Below are positions 1 through 8,845 of a DNA stretch of 64,000 bases, in pieces (the first letter of the stretch is position 1; every line of letters begins with the position of its first letter). The position numbers were made by a program, and so were the translations under genes. Source of the stretch: a virus (taxonomy: Duplodnaviria; Heunggongvirae; Uroviricota; Caudoviricetes); IMG/VR virus record IMGVR_UViG_3300005663_003096; one strand, written 5' to 3'. The notes beneath the pieces were generated by a model. That model had not been told where the DNA came from. It was given only the letters and a program-made list of their open reading frames with translations, and did no database searches.

Positions 1-1446
1 CATCCCGCGCCACCCGCTGCATCGTTTCAGACATGGAGGTCCCGAAGACCCCTTTGCCGAACTTCTGCAACTCCTTCAGGAAACGATGCTCCTTGCGACT
101 GGTTGGCAGTCTATCGTGAGGAAGCTTCAGGAGGGTCTTGATCTCTTTCATTGGATCGCGCGGGCTCGCGCCGGCACGCTGCCAAGTCAGACCTTGCAGG
201 CGCTTCACGTCCTTCACATCACAGCGCAGGAATTTTGCGATCACCGGTGCAAGGGGCACACGTGCGTCGATCGCATCCCGAAGCGCGGGCTCTTCATGCA
301 TGGATCTTGCGAGGATCGGATAGGCTTTTACGGCCTGCTGGCGGGCGATGGCTGCCTCGGTGTTGACCGTGTCTGGATCGAGCAGAGTGCTGCCATGTGT
401 CCCACAGAGCCACTGTGCATGACCCAGTTGGGTAAGACCGGTCCCACGCATGATGCGCAAGACTTCTGGATCCATAGCGTCTGCGATGGCCCAGCGCATC
501 AGATTGAGGCGGCTGTCGGCTTTGTTTTTCAGCATATGTTTGACTTGGTGCCGAAGCTTGTCATCAATCACGCGTCGGCTCGTTCTGTCGACGCCCATCA
601 TACTGTAAAGACCGCCGGATTTAAGGAATTCCAGCCCTTCAAGCGCCATAGCACGGGCGCTGTTCGAATGGCGGTTCAGCTCGATATCGCCCCGGCCGTG
701 GGAGATTTGCCAGTCTGGATGCCCCTTGTAAATTACCTCGAGCGCCTCGGCGACAGATTTGAGAGGGGCGACTTCCTGATTAACGGACTTCAACATCTTG
801 TTGATGAGCGCCCCGTCATCGTCTACCGCGATGACCGACAGCGCCTTGCTGTGGAGCGATAGGTTGTCTCCAGCGATGATCAAACGGCGGAAGCCGGGAA
901 ACTGATCTTTGTAGGAAACAAAGATACGCGCATCCTCAATGTACTCGGCGTATCCTTTTTCCCAATCCTCCATGAGCTCCTTGAGCTTTGGATTGTCCAG
1001 GTCGAGGCTGTGCTTCTGAGCCAAGGTTCTGAAGAGTGTATACTCCTCAGGGCGCTTCGCCTCAGGCTGCATTTTCAAGAACGGGTTGAGATCCTTCATC
1101 ATCGGGTCGTTCGCGATGAAATCGGAGACAGGGATCCGCTTGAAGCGCACGCCCTTCTCGCTTTCGACGATCTCGGGCTCTGGCTCAGCCTGAGGTGCCC
1201 TGCGGAATAGCGAAGCGGCCATGGATGGTACTGCTGCAGCAGACGGTACCGTTTCCTGCAGCGCGGTCTCATCTGCCTCAGGCATCCATGGGGCGCCCTC
1301 TTCTTCGGCAGGTTCAACTTCGTTCGAGCCCCCATAGCGATAAAACTCGAAGAGCTCGACCAATGTCTCACCGGCCGGATGCGCTTCTTCAACCTCTTTG
1401 ATAGGCGCCTTCGACGGGAAGAAGGACGATAGGAATCTGAACATCT
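1..1446 (-). CDS. hypothetical protein, partial (start codon at 1446; 3' end runs off the window start)
   Basis: Open reading frame on the minus strand from the ATG at 1446 to position 1 with protein-like composition (…KGYAEYIEDARIFVSYKDQFPGF…). It is absent from the ORF track only because it has no stop inside the window. The + strand ORF 86..862 is its antisense shadow. Confidence 0.5.
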
Positions 1447-1521
1447 TGATCTCGCATATTTGTTAGACGCCAGTGTCGTCGGGTCATGCGAAAAGACGAA
1501 AGCATTCCTATCGTCAGAGGA

Positions 1522-2376
1522 TCAGGCGGACCGTTTCATATGCTTGTACTTCCGATCAAAGCTCGCGAGCTTGGGCAGGTCCATGGCGGCCGGCGAGGCG
1601 CGCATCTTGCCATGATCCAGGAACAGGCTGACAGCGCGATCACGATCGATGATCTTCATCGATTTATCGTCCTGACGTGGGCCCCACCCCACCCGCAGGA
1701 GATAGTTCAACATGCCATCGGGATCGACGCCGTCATCGCGGTAGCCCAGAAGACTTGCCGCGGCGTCTCGCTTGGACATCTTTTTGCCGTCCATCGTGAT
1801 CAAGCCGACATGGGCGAAGTCCGGCATCGCGGCTCCGAGGGCCGTGTAGAGCCCAGCATGGCGGAAGGTATTGGTCAGATGATCCATGCCGCGGATAACG
1901 AGGTTCACACCAAGATCGATGTCATCGACCACGGAGGCGAAATGATAGACCGGCATGCCATCGGCTTTGATTAGCACCTGATCATGCGCCAGATCATGCG
2001 CCTTGGCGCTGGGCAGCTGGTCGCCGGAAATCAGATCATGCCAAGGGGCTGCCGCCCCACCCTTCATCAGTACAGCACCATTATCGGCACGGACCGCCAG
2101 CCCTGCATCTAGAAGCTTTGCAGCCGCGGCGTCATAGATGTCGCGCCGGTGCGACTGGCGGTAGACGGCATCGGGTGCAAGGCCCAGCCAATCGAGACAG
2201 TCGTGGATCACGTCGATCGAGGCGTGGTTGTTGCGCGCAAGATCCGTGTCATCGATGCGCAAGATGAAGCGACCGCCACTGGCGCGCGCTGCGAGCCAGT
2301 TGAAATATGCGGTGCGGGCGGTGCCGATGTGAAAGTCGCCGGTTGGAGATGGGGCGACGCGGGTCGTATAGGTCAT
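1522..2376 (-). CDS. gluQ: glutamyl-tRNA synthetase catalytic-domain paralog (GluQRS/YadB-like; no anticodon-binding domain), ~285 aa
   Basis: Protein from MTYTTRVAPSPTGDFHIGTARTAYFNWLAARASGGRFILRIDDTDLARN with HIGH-type motif (HIGT) and KMSKR. It aligns along the GluRS catalytic core (…VVDDIDLGVNLVIRGMDHLTNT…GKKMSKR…LLGYRDDG…NYLLRVGW) but stops after ~285 aa, as in GluQ-RS. Start set at the ATG at 2376, which has an AAGGA Shine-Dalgarno upstream; the track ORF start at 2538 is upstream read-through. Confidence 0.65.
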   Translation of the reverse strand: MTYTTRVAPSPTGDFHIGTARTAYFNWLAARASGGRFILRIDDTDLARNNHASIDVIHDCLDWLGLAPDAVYRQSHRRDIYDAAAAKLLDAGLAVRADNGAVLMKGGAAAPWHDLISGDQLPSAKAHDLAHDQVLIKADGMPVYHFASVVDDIDLGVNLVIRGMDHLTNTFRHAGLYTALGAAMPDFAHVGLITMDGKKMSKRDAAASLLGYRDDGVDPDGMLNYLLRVGWGPRQDDKSMKIIDRDRAVSLFLDHGKMRASPAAMDLPKLASFDRKYKHMKRSA

Positions 2377-2389
2377 TGCGAAAATCCTT

Positions 2390-2740
2390 TCAGACGCCAA
2401 TTCGATGTGCGTGAGCCTGCAGGTCTTCCGGGTCCGCGATGCGCGAGACGCAGAATGCCATTGGCTCATTGAGAGAAGCCGCAACCAGATCAGGAAACTC
2501 GGCTTTGAGGGTTCGGTATGAAGCCAGGGCTTCTTCATCGAAATACGATCCTATGTGGACCGATGTGGGTAGATAATCTCCGGATGTAGGATCAAAGAGG
2601 CGCTGTGCATCTTGATCTGATCTCTGGCGTGTCTGAAGAACCTTGCTGCGCATCCATGCAGCTGCTTCGCCCCGATCGGGGAAGCGGGGCAGCTCCGGAT
2701 CTGGGGAACGTCGTTTGAAACGGCTCAGCATGGACAGCAT
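2390..2740 (-). CDS. hypothetical protein (~116 aa) between the tRNA genes and the GluRS paralog
   Basis: Sub-ORF of track ORF 2390..2851 starting at MLSMLSRFKRR, just downstream of tRNA-like gene 1. Same strand as, and immediately upstream of, the GluRS paralog. Confidence 0.35.
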   Translation of the reverse strand: MLSMLSRFKRRSPDPELPRFPDRGEAAAWMRSKVLQTRQRSDQDAQRLFDPTSGDYLPTSVHIGSYFDEEALASYRTLKAEFPDLVAASLNEPMAFCVSRIADPEDLQAHAHRIGV

Positions 2741-2756
2741 CTTGGTCTCCTGAATT

Positions 2757-2832
2757 TGGCATCCGCAGCGAGGATCGAACTCGCGTCTTCGGGGTGAGGT
2801 CCCGGTATTCTGACCAATTGAACTATGCGGAC
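2757..2832 (-). tRNA. tRNA-like gene, probably tRNA-Glu(CUC), atypical anticodon arm (C33, 27:43 mismatch); possible pseudo-tRNA
   Basis: Reverse complement GTCCGCATAGTTCAATTGGTCAGAATACCGGGACCTCACCCCGAAGACGCGAGTTCGATCCTCGCTGCGGATGCCA folds as a cloverleaf. It has a 7-bp acceptor stem (G1:U72), D-arm GTTC/GAAT, T-arm GCGAG-TTCGATC-CTCGC, discriminator G and an encoded CCA. The anticodon loop ACCTCAC carries C33. Confidence 0.45.
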
Positions 2833-2845
2833 GTGGTTGTGATTT

Positions 2846-2921
2846 TGGCATCTCCTACGAGTCTCGAACTCGTTTCTGCTGCTTGAAAGGCGGCTGTTCT
2901 AACCGGGTGAACTAAGGAGAC
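2846..2921 (-). tRNA. tRNA-Glu(UUC)-like gene, one C·A mismatch in the anticodon stem
   Basis: Reverse complement GTCTCCTTAGTTCACCCGGTTAGAACAGCCGCCTTTCAAGCAGCAGAAACGAGTTCGAGACTCGTAGGAGATGCCA folds as a cloverleaf. It has a 7-bp acceptor stem, D-arm GTTC/GAAC, a canonical anticodon loop CTTTCAA (U33, anticodon TTC, A37), a perfect T-arm ACGAG/CTCGT, discriminator G and an encoded CCA. It lies 13 nt from tRNA-like gene 1. Confidence 0.55.
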
Positions 2922-2931
2922 GTAAGGGCAT

Positions 2932-2955
2932 AAAAAAACCCGCCTCAGGGGCGGG
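2932..2955 (-). terminator. intrinsic terminator-like hairpin (CCCGCC-N-GGCGGG followed by a U7 tract) on the minus strand, 10 nt upstream of tRNA-Glu-like gene 2
   Basis: Plus strand reads AAAAAAACCCGCCTCAGGGGCGGG. On the minus strand this is a GC hairpin followed by UUUUUUU. Confidence 0.5.
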
Positions 2956-3223
2956 TGCATGGGTATCGGGCGCGAAACTGAACTCTGGCGTCAGCGCGTC
3001 TCTCGATACCCGTATTGTTCTTCCTGAAAGCGGAACATGATTTTCTTCCTTTGATTTGGATATCTTTTTCGCACAACTCAAAGGGTCCGTCAAGAATAAT
3101 TTTCGCAAGCATCGCAGGGCCACTTATCGAGGCATATATGTGGAAAACCCCAGATCATCGTTTTTCTAAAAAGGGTCACAGACTACCCTGACGGCAACCA
3201 TACCTGATAAAAGAGACCTCCTC

Positions 3224-3733
3224 ATGCTTTTTCTTGAAGTGCTCCTGCTCGCTGGGCTTTGCGTTGCGATCCTGAGATATAGCAGCATCGCCCTCGGCCG
3301 GCCCGACGCCATGCGCATCGAGCAAGCCGTGCTGACCAAACTACGCGCCGGAGCAGAGCTGGGCTTGCGTGAGGTCGATCTTCACCAAGCTGATTGGATC
3401 AGCGGACCGATGGCCGCGACCCTCACAGGAGATGCCGTTCATGAATTCACTCTTGATGGTGCCTCTACAATCAAGGTGAGCGATGGCCACTCAGCACATC
3501 GTCTCGTTGTGATCTGCAGTGACTGCGCACCGAGGTTCTATGCGGTGACAACCCGGCAGAACGGCACGCCACGGCTTTTGCCGGTGCTTGACCGATTGGT
3601 GTGGCGCGCGCCTGAGCTAGGGCAGATGCGGGAACTGGCCAATGTGCGCCTGGCCAATATGGACCGGGGGCGGGATTGGCGTGCTTTCATTGAAAAGCGC
3701 ATTAAAACCCATCTTGCACGCCGGGCCCACTGA
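3224..3733 (+). CDS. hypothetical protein with N-terminal hydrophobic segment (signal or TM)
   Basis: ORF of 169 aa starting at ATG. N-terminus MLFLEVLLLAGLCVAILRY is hydrophobic. Confidence 0.45.
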   Translation: MLFLEVLLLAGLCVAILRYSSIALGRPDAMRIEQAVLTKLRAGAELGLREVDLHQADWISGPMAATLTGDAVHEFTLDGASTIKVSDGHSAHRLVVICSDCAPRFYAVTTRQNGTPRLLPVLDRLVWRAPELGQMRELANVRLANMDRGRDWRAFIEKRIKTHLARRAH

Positions 3734-3753
3734 AGGGCCCTGCCTGCTGAAGA

Positions 3754-4347
3754 TCAGCTCGGCGCATTCACCATGCGGTTCAGCTGCATCGAGAGTGCCT
3801 GTGCGGAGGTGGTGACCTCCTTTTCAATGCTCAGGGTGATCTTGCCTAGCGATGCATCCATGAGCGCGATGCCGGCGTTCAAACTGCTTTCGATTTCGGC
3901 GCGTGTGCCATCGCTCATCTGATCTGCGTGCTGCGCCGCTGTCTGCATAAGCTTCAAAACTGTGCGCTCCACATGGTCGATGCAGACCAGCTGGCTTGAG
4001 GGGATCTCTTCGCGGGCGGCATCAATCTGGCGGCAGCGATCAACGAAAGGATAAGCGGCCTCTTCCAAGCCAAGACTGCGGCCAATGACCCGCACGGCCG
4101 CAAGATCGTCTCGACGGTCTTTAAGGGCGTAATATTTGGCTTCCGTGGCGAGGTAGCGCGCCTTCATCTCTTTGCGCAGGCGTCTTTGGTTTAGAAACTT
4201 GTAGATTGCGGCGCCGATCACCGCAGCACCGGTCGGGATGATCACGGCGCCAAGAAGGAGCAGAGTCTCTGGCGAAAACGCAGTAACTGCAAAAAGAACG
4301 GCAAAGAAGCTGACAATGAAAACGACTAAAGCTTCAGTAAGACACAT
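3754..4347 (-). CDS. hypothetical membrane protein (two N-terminal TM helices plus a cytoplasmic domain)
   Basis: ORF of 197 aa. N-terminal VVFIVSFFAVLFAVTAF…LLLLGAVIIPTGAAVIGAAIY gives two TM helices. Its start overlaps the stop of the upstream gene (ATGA at 4347). Confidence 0.5.
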   Translation of the reverse strand: MCLTEALVVFIVSFFAVLFAVTAFSPETLLLLGAVIIPTGAAVIGAAIYKFLNQRRLRKEMKARYLATEAKYYALKDRRDDLAAVRVIGRSLGLEEAAYPFVDRCRQIDAAREEIPSSQLVCIDHVERTVLKLMQTAAQHADQMSDGTRAEIESSLNAGIALMDASLGKITLSIEKEVTTSAQALSMQLNRMVNAPS

Positions 4348-4769
4348 TATTCGCCCTCCGATTGCTTGCTGTCTTCCTGAGAGCGTTGATCTGCGATGGC
4401 GAATTCAGTCGGCGAGCCTGCCAATCCTTCAACCTCAAAGATCACCTTTTCACCTTCTTCGTAACAATACCCCACATCATCGCTGACGCGGCTGAAGGCA
4501 AAGCTACCGCCCCGCTCCATGCATGTCGCCTCAATATCAAGCAGGGCTGTCTCGCGCTCTGCAAAGCGCTCTTTCTGTGCATCGAGCTGGATGAAGTAAA
4601 AGGAGGCTACGAAAACGATAAGAGAGGCTGCCTGTAACACAAACCCAACCGGTCCACGAATGAGTTGATACTCGATTGCATCCCCTCTTTTCTTCCAACG
4701 CCGCGTGCGTTCCGCATCCTTTTCCCGCATCTGCGATGTGCCTTCGGCATACTCATGTTGTCTCGGCAT
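4347..4769 (-). CDS. hypothetical membrane protein
   Basis: ORF of 140 aa with an internal TM segment (VLQAASLIVFVASFYFIQL). It is translationally coupled to 3754..4347. The TTTTTCGCA motif abuts its ATG. Confidence 0.45.
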   Translation of the reverse strand: MPRQHEYAEGTSQMREKDAERTRRWKKRGDAIEYQLIRGPVGFVLQAASLIVFVASFYFIQLDAQKERFAERETALLDIEATCMERGGSFAFSRVSDDVGYCYEEGEKVIFEVEGLAGSPTEFAIADQRSQEDSKQSEGE

Positions 4770-4948
4770 TGCGAAAAACCCCTCTGTGTTAAAGTATATA
4801 TATTCGCACTTCTTGTTGGGGCAACCTGTCGCTGTAGGAGTAATTCTGCCCAGCGAGGCTTAAAACTTCTTTGAACCTCTGGATTATCGCAAGCCATCCC
4901 TATACTGGCGGCACCAATCGAGATGAGAAGAACGAGTCCACAGGCAGT

Positions 4949-5473
4949 ATGATCACAGCAACCCTCATCGGCTATCTCGCGATTGCCATCAGCATCACCA
5001 GTTACATGCTGCGTGATGACCACCGCCTGCGGGTTCTGAACGTCATCTCATGCCTGTTCTGGACCAGCTATTTTGTGATGCTCGGTGAGTGGACCTCGGT
5101 CGCCAGCCTTTCTCTTGCCTGCGTGATGATCTGGGGTGCGCTCTATAGGCACAAACGTACTGCAAATGTCGCCTGGTACCTTTGTATTGCGGCGATTCCG
5201 GCCTCCTTTATGGCTGTCGCCGCAGGGCAGATCACAATGATCGATACCCTCCCCTTCATCGGCGGTGCGGCCATCAATACCGGTGTCGCATTTCTAAGCC
5301 GCGGCAAGCTCACCCTCGCCTGCGCGGCCGGGGAATGTACCTGGGGCCTCTTTGCGGTGATGATTGGCGCCTGGCCAAGCGCCTTCATGGCCCTGTTCTC
5401 ACTGGGTGCTTTGGCCTATCGGGAGTTCTCGCGCTTCAGCTACGAACGCCAGGTCGGGAACGCGCCCGCCTGA
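4949..5473 (+). CDS. multi-pass inner membrane protein
   Basis: Several hydrophobic helices (ATLIGYLAIAISITSYML; VISCLFWTSYFVMLG; WYLCIAAIPASFMAVAAG). Start placed at the ATG at 4949 (MITATL…) inside track ORF 4871..5473. Confidence 0.5.
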   Translation: MITATLIGYLAIAISITSYMLRDDHRLRVLNVISCLFWTSYFVMLGEWTSVASLSLACVMIWGALYRHKRTANVAWYLCIAAIPASFMAVAAGQITMIDTLPFIGGAAINTGVAFLSRGKLTLACAAGECTWGLFAVMIGAWPSAFMALFSLGALAYREFSRFSYERQVGNAPA

Positions 5474-5486
5474 GGCAGGCGCCCTG

Positions 5487-6764
5487 TCAAGGACAGGGCT
5501 CCTCCACTCCCAGGGCTTTTCGCAGTGTGATCTCAACATTCTCACGGCAGGGCCCTTCTGATTTGAGCTTGAGATCATGCCCGCAAAGACCTCCGATAAC
5601 CTCGGCGAGGTTCTCAGTGTCAATCTCTGAAACAAAGGGCCCCTCTCCCATATCCATCACCGAGATCTCGATCTTATCGCCCAGCTGATCGAGGCAGGTG
5701 ACCCCCAGGCCATGATCAATGCCTACGCCCTGCCCTGTGCTGCGCGCGAGATCGGCCGAGATGATGCGGTCCAGCTCTCGGAGGTCCAGAGGTGCATAAC
5801 GGATGGCGTCCTGCCATTCGTTTGGCCTGTTGGTGCGGTCGATCACCTCAGTACCGGGCAAGGGCGTCGTTCCGCGGTCGAGCGGGAACGGCCCTGCCCC
5901 GTGTCGCGTTGCATAGGCCCGGGTCATATAGATGATCTCGAGATCGGTGATCTCGGCGTCTCGAGCGATGTCCACCATATTCTTGGCGCCAGTATGCGAC
6001 CGCGTCACGTGAGGGAATTCTCCGAGGTCCATATCGAGTTGCAACCCTTGGGCGCCCTCAAAGACAATGGCATCGCGATCGCCCAGGGCGCTATCCGACA
6101 TGATCGAGACATACTGCGTAAAGTGGCGCAGATCGTCATAAAATCGCTCAACGACTTCTGGGGCGTTGCCGAGAACAGGCTTTAAATGGTCTGGGATGCT
6201 ATCGAGACCAAGGGCTGCCAGGCGCTGCGGCACCCAAGAACTCGAAATCTCGTCGAGAAATCGTGCGAGGTCAGGCCGCCAAAGGTCATTCATGCAAAGC
6301 ATTGGCCCCTGCTCCTGCCGTTCCAAGGTCTCACCAAAGCCGAGACCACAAGATCCGTGCTTATCACCGCCGCGGAAAATCTCAGCTGCCTGATTGATGG
6401 CCATGTCCCAGGGTGTTGTCACCGCTGTGCGCGGATCGGCCGTGATCTGAATATCCTTTACGCCTTTGCGCGCGAGATCCTCGATCTCAGCAAAGAAGAC
6501 AATCGGATGAGATACAAAGAAGCGGGACAGATGGGTGGCGGCGCCTCGGAAGGATCCGGACCCGATGTGATGGAAGACATGGTGGCGGCCGTCAGCCATG
6601 GTGACGCCGTGGCCCGCCTGTGCGCCGCCATTGGAACGCACGACAGTGACCTGGCGCCCCTGCCCCTCAAGCTGCGCCGTGAGCGCATCTGTGGCCAGCC
6701 CCTTGCCTTCATCACCCCAGCCGGCGCCGATGATCCCACAGGCTTTGCGGATGTCATTTCCCAT
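5487..6764 (-). CDS. adenylosuccinate synthetase (PurA) family protein, divergent paralog
   Basis: Matches PurA signatures: GAGWGDEGKG (P-loop-like GDEGKGK), GGAQAGHGV, FEGAQGLQLDMDLGEFPHVTRSHT, RAYATRHGAGPFP and GVGIDHGLGV. It is 425 aa, clearly divergent from housekeeping PurA. Confidence 0.7.
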   Translation of the reverse strand: MGNDIRKACGIIGAGWGDEGKGLATDALTAQLEGQGRQVTVVRSNGGAQAGHGVTMADGRHHVFHHIGSGSFRGAATHLSRFFVSHPIVFFAEIEDLARKGVKDIQITADPRTAVTTPWDMAINQAAEIFRGGDKHGSCGLGFGETLERQEQGPMLCMNDLWRPDLARFLDEISSSWVPQRLAALGLDSIPDHLKPVLGNAPEVVERFYDDLRHFTQYVSIMSDSALGDRDAIVFEGAQGLQLDMDLGEFPHVTRSHTGAKNMVDIARDAEITDLEIIYMTRAYATRHGAGPFPLDRGTTPLPGTEVIDRTNRPNEWQDAIRYAPLDLRELDRIISADLARSTGQGVGIDHGLGVTCLDQLGDKIEISVMDMGEGPFVSEIDTENLAEVIGGLCGHDLKLKSEGPCRENVEITLRKALGVEEPCP

Positions 6765-6902
6765 TCAGGGCCTCACTCTCTTAGGTGTCATGATGAACCG
6801 CATTCTGCTCAGCGGGAGACAGCCGCGCGCAAAGATCCGCGATATAGTCGGTGAACCAGGCGGCGGCCTCTGGTGTCGCATGCTCAGCGACCGCCATGGG
6901 CT

Positions 6903-7289
6903 TCACACGACCATCGGGAAAAGTAAAATCGACATGGACAGCCACACGTTTCCACGCTCGGGAGATGCGAAGCGTTTGTCGTCCCCTTCAGTGATCCGAA
7001 CCGCAGCTGGGTATCCGGCCGTGACCCCATGCATCACCATGCCCAGAGCCCCATCGTCGAAATAGCGTAGCTTGTCGAAGTCCTTGTTAAAGAAAGCCCC
7101 ATAGGGTTTCAGCGTGTTGGCCAGCTCCCCCAGACCGTACATCCCAAGCTTCATTTCCATCTCGCGGAATGTCTTACGCATGAGGGGGAAGTGGCGCTCG
7201 GGGATGCGCAGGACGATTTCGGCCTCGCTGTTTTGCGGGGTTTGGTTCGCAGCTGGAGATGCAGCACCGCAGGTGGGGCATTTGGTCAT
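6903..7289 (-). CDS. hypothetical protein with N-terminal CPTC zinc-ribbon-like motif; probably continues to ~6780 through a frameshift
   Basis: ORF of 128 aa (MTKCPTCGAASPAANQ…). The 120 nt between its stop and the PurA-like start at 6764 are protein-coding in the -1 frame (…RVAVHVDFTFPDGRVKPMAVAEHATPEAAAWFTDYIADLCARLSPAEQNAVHHDT*). Confidence 0.45.
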   Translation of the reverse strand: MTKCPTCGAASPAANQTPQNSEAEIVLRIPERHFPLMRKTFREMEMKLGMYGLGELANTLKPYGAFFNKDFDKLRYFDDGALGMVMHGVTAGYPAAVRITEGDDKRFASPERGNVWLSMSILLFPMVV

Positions 7290-7343
7290 AGATGTTCGCT
7301 CCGGGGAGAATTGGGCCTGATCGGACTATTAAAGTCCTTCTGA

Positions 7344-8306
7344 TTATGGCGTGGGTGTCTCATCTTCTGTGGTTAGGTCGCTGTCGGGAGACGTAGGGAT
7401 GCCGAGGCGTATGTCTGTGGTTGAGATACGCCAATCCGCCTTACCCGCCGCAATCCGAACCAGATGATCCCCCTCAAAGCTTGCCGTGATGTCTTCAGGC
7501 GTTACACCGGTAAGCTCCTCCAATACCCTTGCTTCAATCCAGCTATCTTCCATTGAAGCGATGAAGGTATCCGTTGCTTTATTTTGGATTTTCTCATCTA
7601 CGAAGAGAGACCAGGCTTCTTGGCCCGCAAACTCGAGAATGAGATATTGGGTGCCGTCCTTCCGGACCTTCATTGAAGCTTCCTTGCAGAACAGACTATA
7701 TACGAGCGCCGCGTTAGCCCCCTGCCTTGCCTTCCTCGGGGAAAGATCGAGATCGAGGAAGGCATCGAAAGACTTCTGGTATTGCTGTGAAAATTTGGTT
7801 TCGAAATCTCGCAGGACGCGCGCAGCGGCCTCGATTTCGGGTGGGGTGATGTCACCGTTCTGGGCATCTTCCAGGCCGCGGTCGTAGAATGCCGCATAGC
7901 GCTCCATGGAGGACTGATTGCGCATTGTGAAGAGGTCATCCACAAGGGCCGAGCCCTCCGGTGGCATCTGGCTGCCCGCGGCAGCCCCCGTGAGATATTC
8001 GGCTTGGGCAGCTTGATATTCACCGAGGACCTGGCCCGGATCATCGAGATGATGAGGCATGATCGGAAGGACGCTCGTTGCATATTGCAGCCCTTGGACA
8101 ACGGCGATGCCACCGATACCCCAGATGGAATACATCCTGGACCATTTCGCTTTTGCGGTGTTCTTGGCGGTATCTAAGGCCAAGTTGCCGACCCTTTGAT
8201 AGAGCGGGGTATCAGCATTGGTCAGGCGGTCCTTGAGAGATTGAAGCTCTTCTTTCTTCTTCTCAATGCTGGCCCGCGTTGCCGTTCTGATGCGTTTCAT
8301 CTGCAT
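7344..8306 (-). CDS. hypothetical protein (one predicted TM segment)
   Basis: ORF of 320 aa. Hydrophobic stretch IWGIGGIAVVQGLQYATSVL. It is part of the minus-strand operon 10865→7344. Confidence 0.45.
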   Translation of the reverse strand: MQMKRIRTATRASIEKKKEELQSLKDRLTNADTPLYQRVGNLALDTAKNTAKAKWSRMYSIWGIGGIAVVQGLQYATSVLPIMPHHLDDPGQVLGEYQAAQAEYLTGAAAGSQMPPEGSALVDDLFTMRNQSSMERYAAFYDRGLEDAQNGDITPPEIEAAARVLRDFETKFSQQYQKSFDAFLDLDLSPRKARQGANAALVYSLFCKEASMKVRKDGTQYLILEFAGQEAWSLFVDEKIQNKATDTFIASMEDSWIEARVLEELTGVTPEDITASFEGDHLVRIAAGKADWRISTTDIRLGIPTSPDSDLTTEDETPTP

Positions 8307-8320
8307 CCCTTTCTGCCAGT

Positions 8321-8755
8321 TCAGTCGAGCTCGATCTCATCTTCAGGCTCGTCTTCGGGCTCATATCTCTGGATCCAATCCTCGATCGTCAGGACATGGG
8401 CCTCACTGGCAGCGGCGCCCAGGGGTCCGAAGGCGCCATGGCAGCCGCTCGAGCGCTGGGCCATTTTTTGGAACACGGCGGCTCCATAATTCTGAAGCTC
8501 TTCATCGGCCATCTCAGAAATTGCAGGATCGGGCTTGATGTCCTGTGCCTTGATATTTCCCATGACCACAGACCAGAGCGCCTCGGTCATCGAGGGTGCG
8601 ACCCATTCATCGGTCAGCTCCAGCGATCCGTCGAGAAGCCCGCCACCGCGCTTAGAAAGCTCCCGGAGAACCAGGGCTGGTACGGTGTTGAAATCCTCTT
8701 CTGAGAAGGCTTCGGGGTGTTTGGGATCAGGCATGATTGGCTCCGGTCTATGCAA
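8321..8755 (-). CDS. hypothetical acidic protein
   Basis: ORF of 144 aa with an acidic C-terminus (EPEDEPEDEIELD). Confidence 0.4.
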   Translation of the reverse strand: MHRPEPIMPDPKHPEAFSEEDFNTVPALVLRELSKRGGGLLDGSLELTDEWVAPSMTEALWSVVMGNIKAQDIKPDPAISEMADEELQNYGAAVFQKMAQRSSGCHGAFGPLGAAASEAHVLTIEDWIQRYEPEDEPEDEIELD

Positions 8756-8845
8756 GACACAACCCTACAAGAGGGCTGTGAAAAATCTTACAGTGATGCT
8801 CCTTCAAGGGCGTAATGCCCGGGCGTTTCCACCCGGACCACTGAC

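Noticed and set aside
86-862. 258-aa + strand ORF at the window start
   Set aside because: Antisense shadow of the partial minus-strand gene 1..1446. Its composition is Arg/Cys/His-rich junk, typical of out-of-frame GC-rich translation.
2757-2832. Calling tRNA-like gene 1 a confident functional tRNA-Glu(CUC)
   Set aside because: Position 33 is C and the 27:43 pair is mismatched. Kept only as an atypical or possibly pseudo tRNA with reduced confidence.
6186-6854. 222-aa + strand ORF
   Set aside because: Lies entirely antisense to the PurA-like gene, which has strong family motifs.
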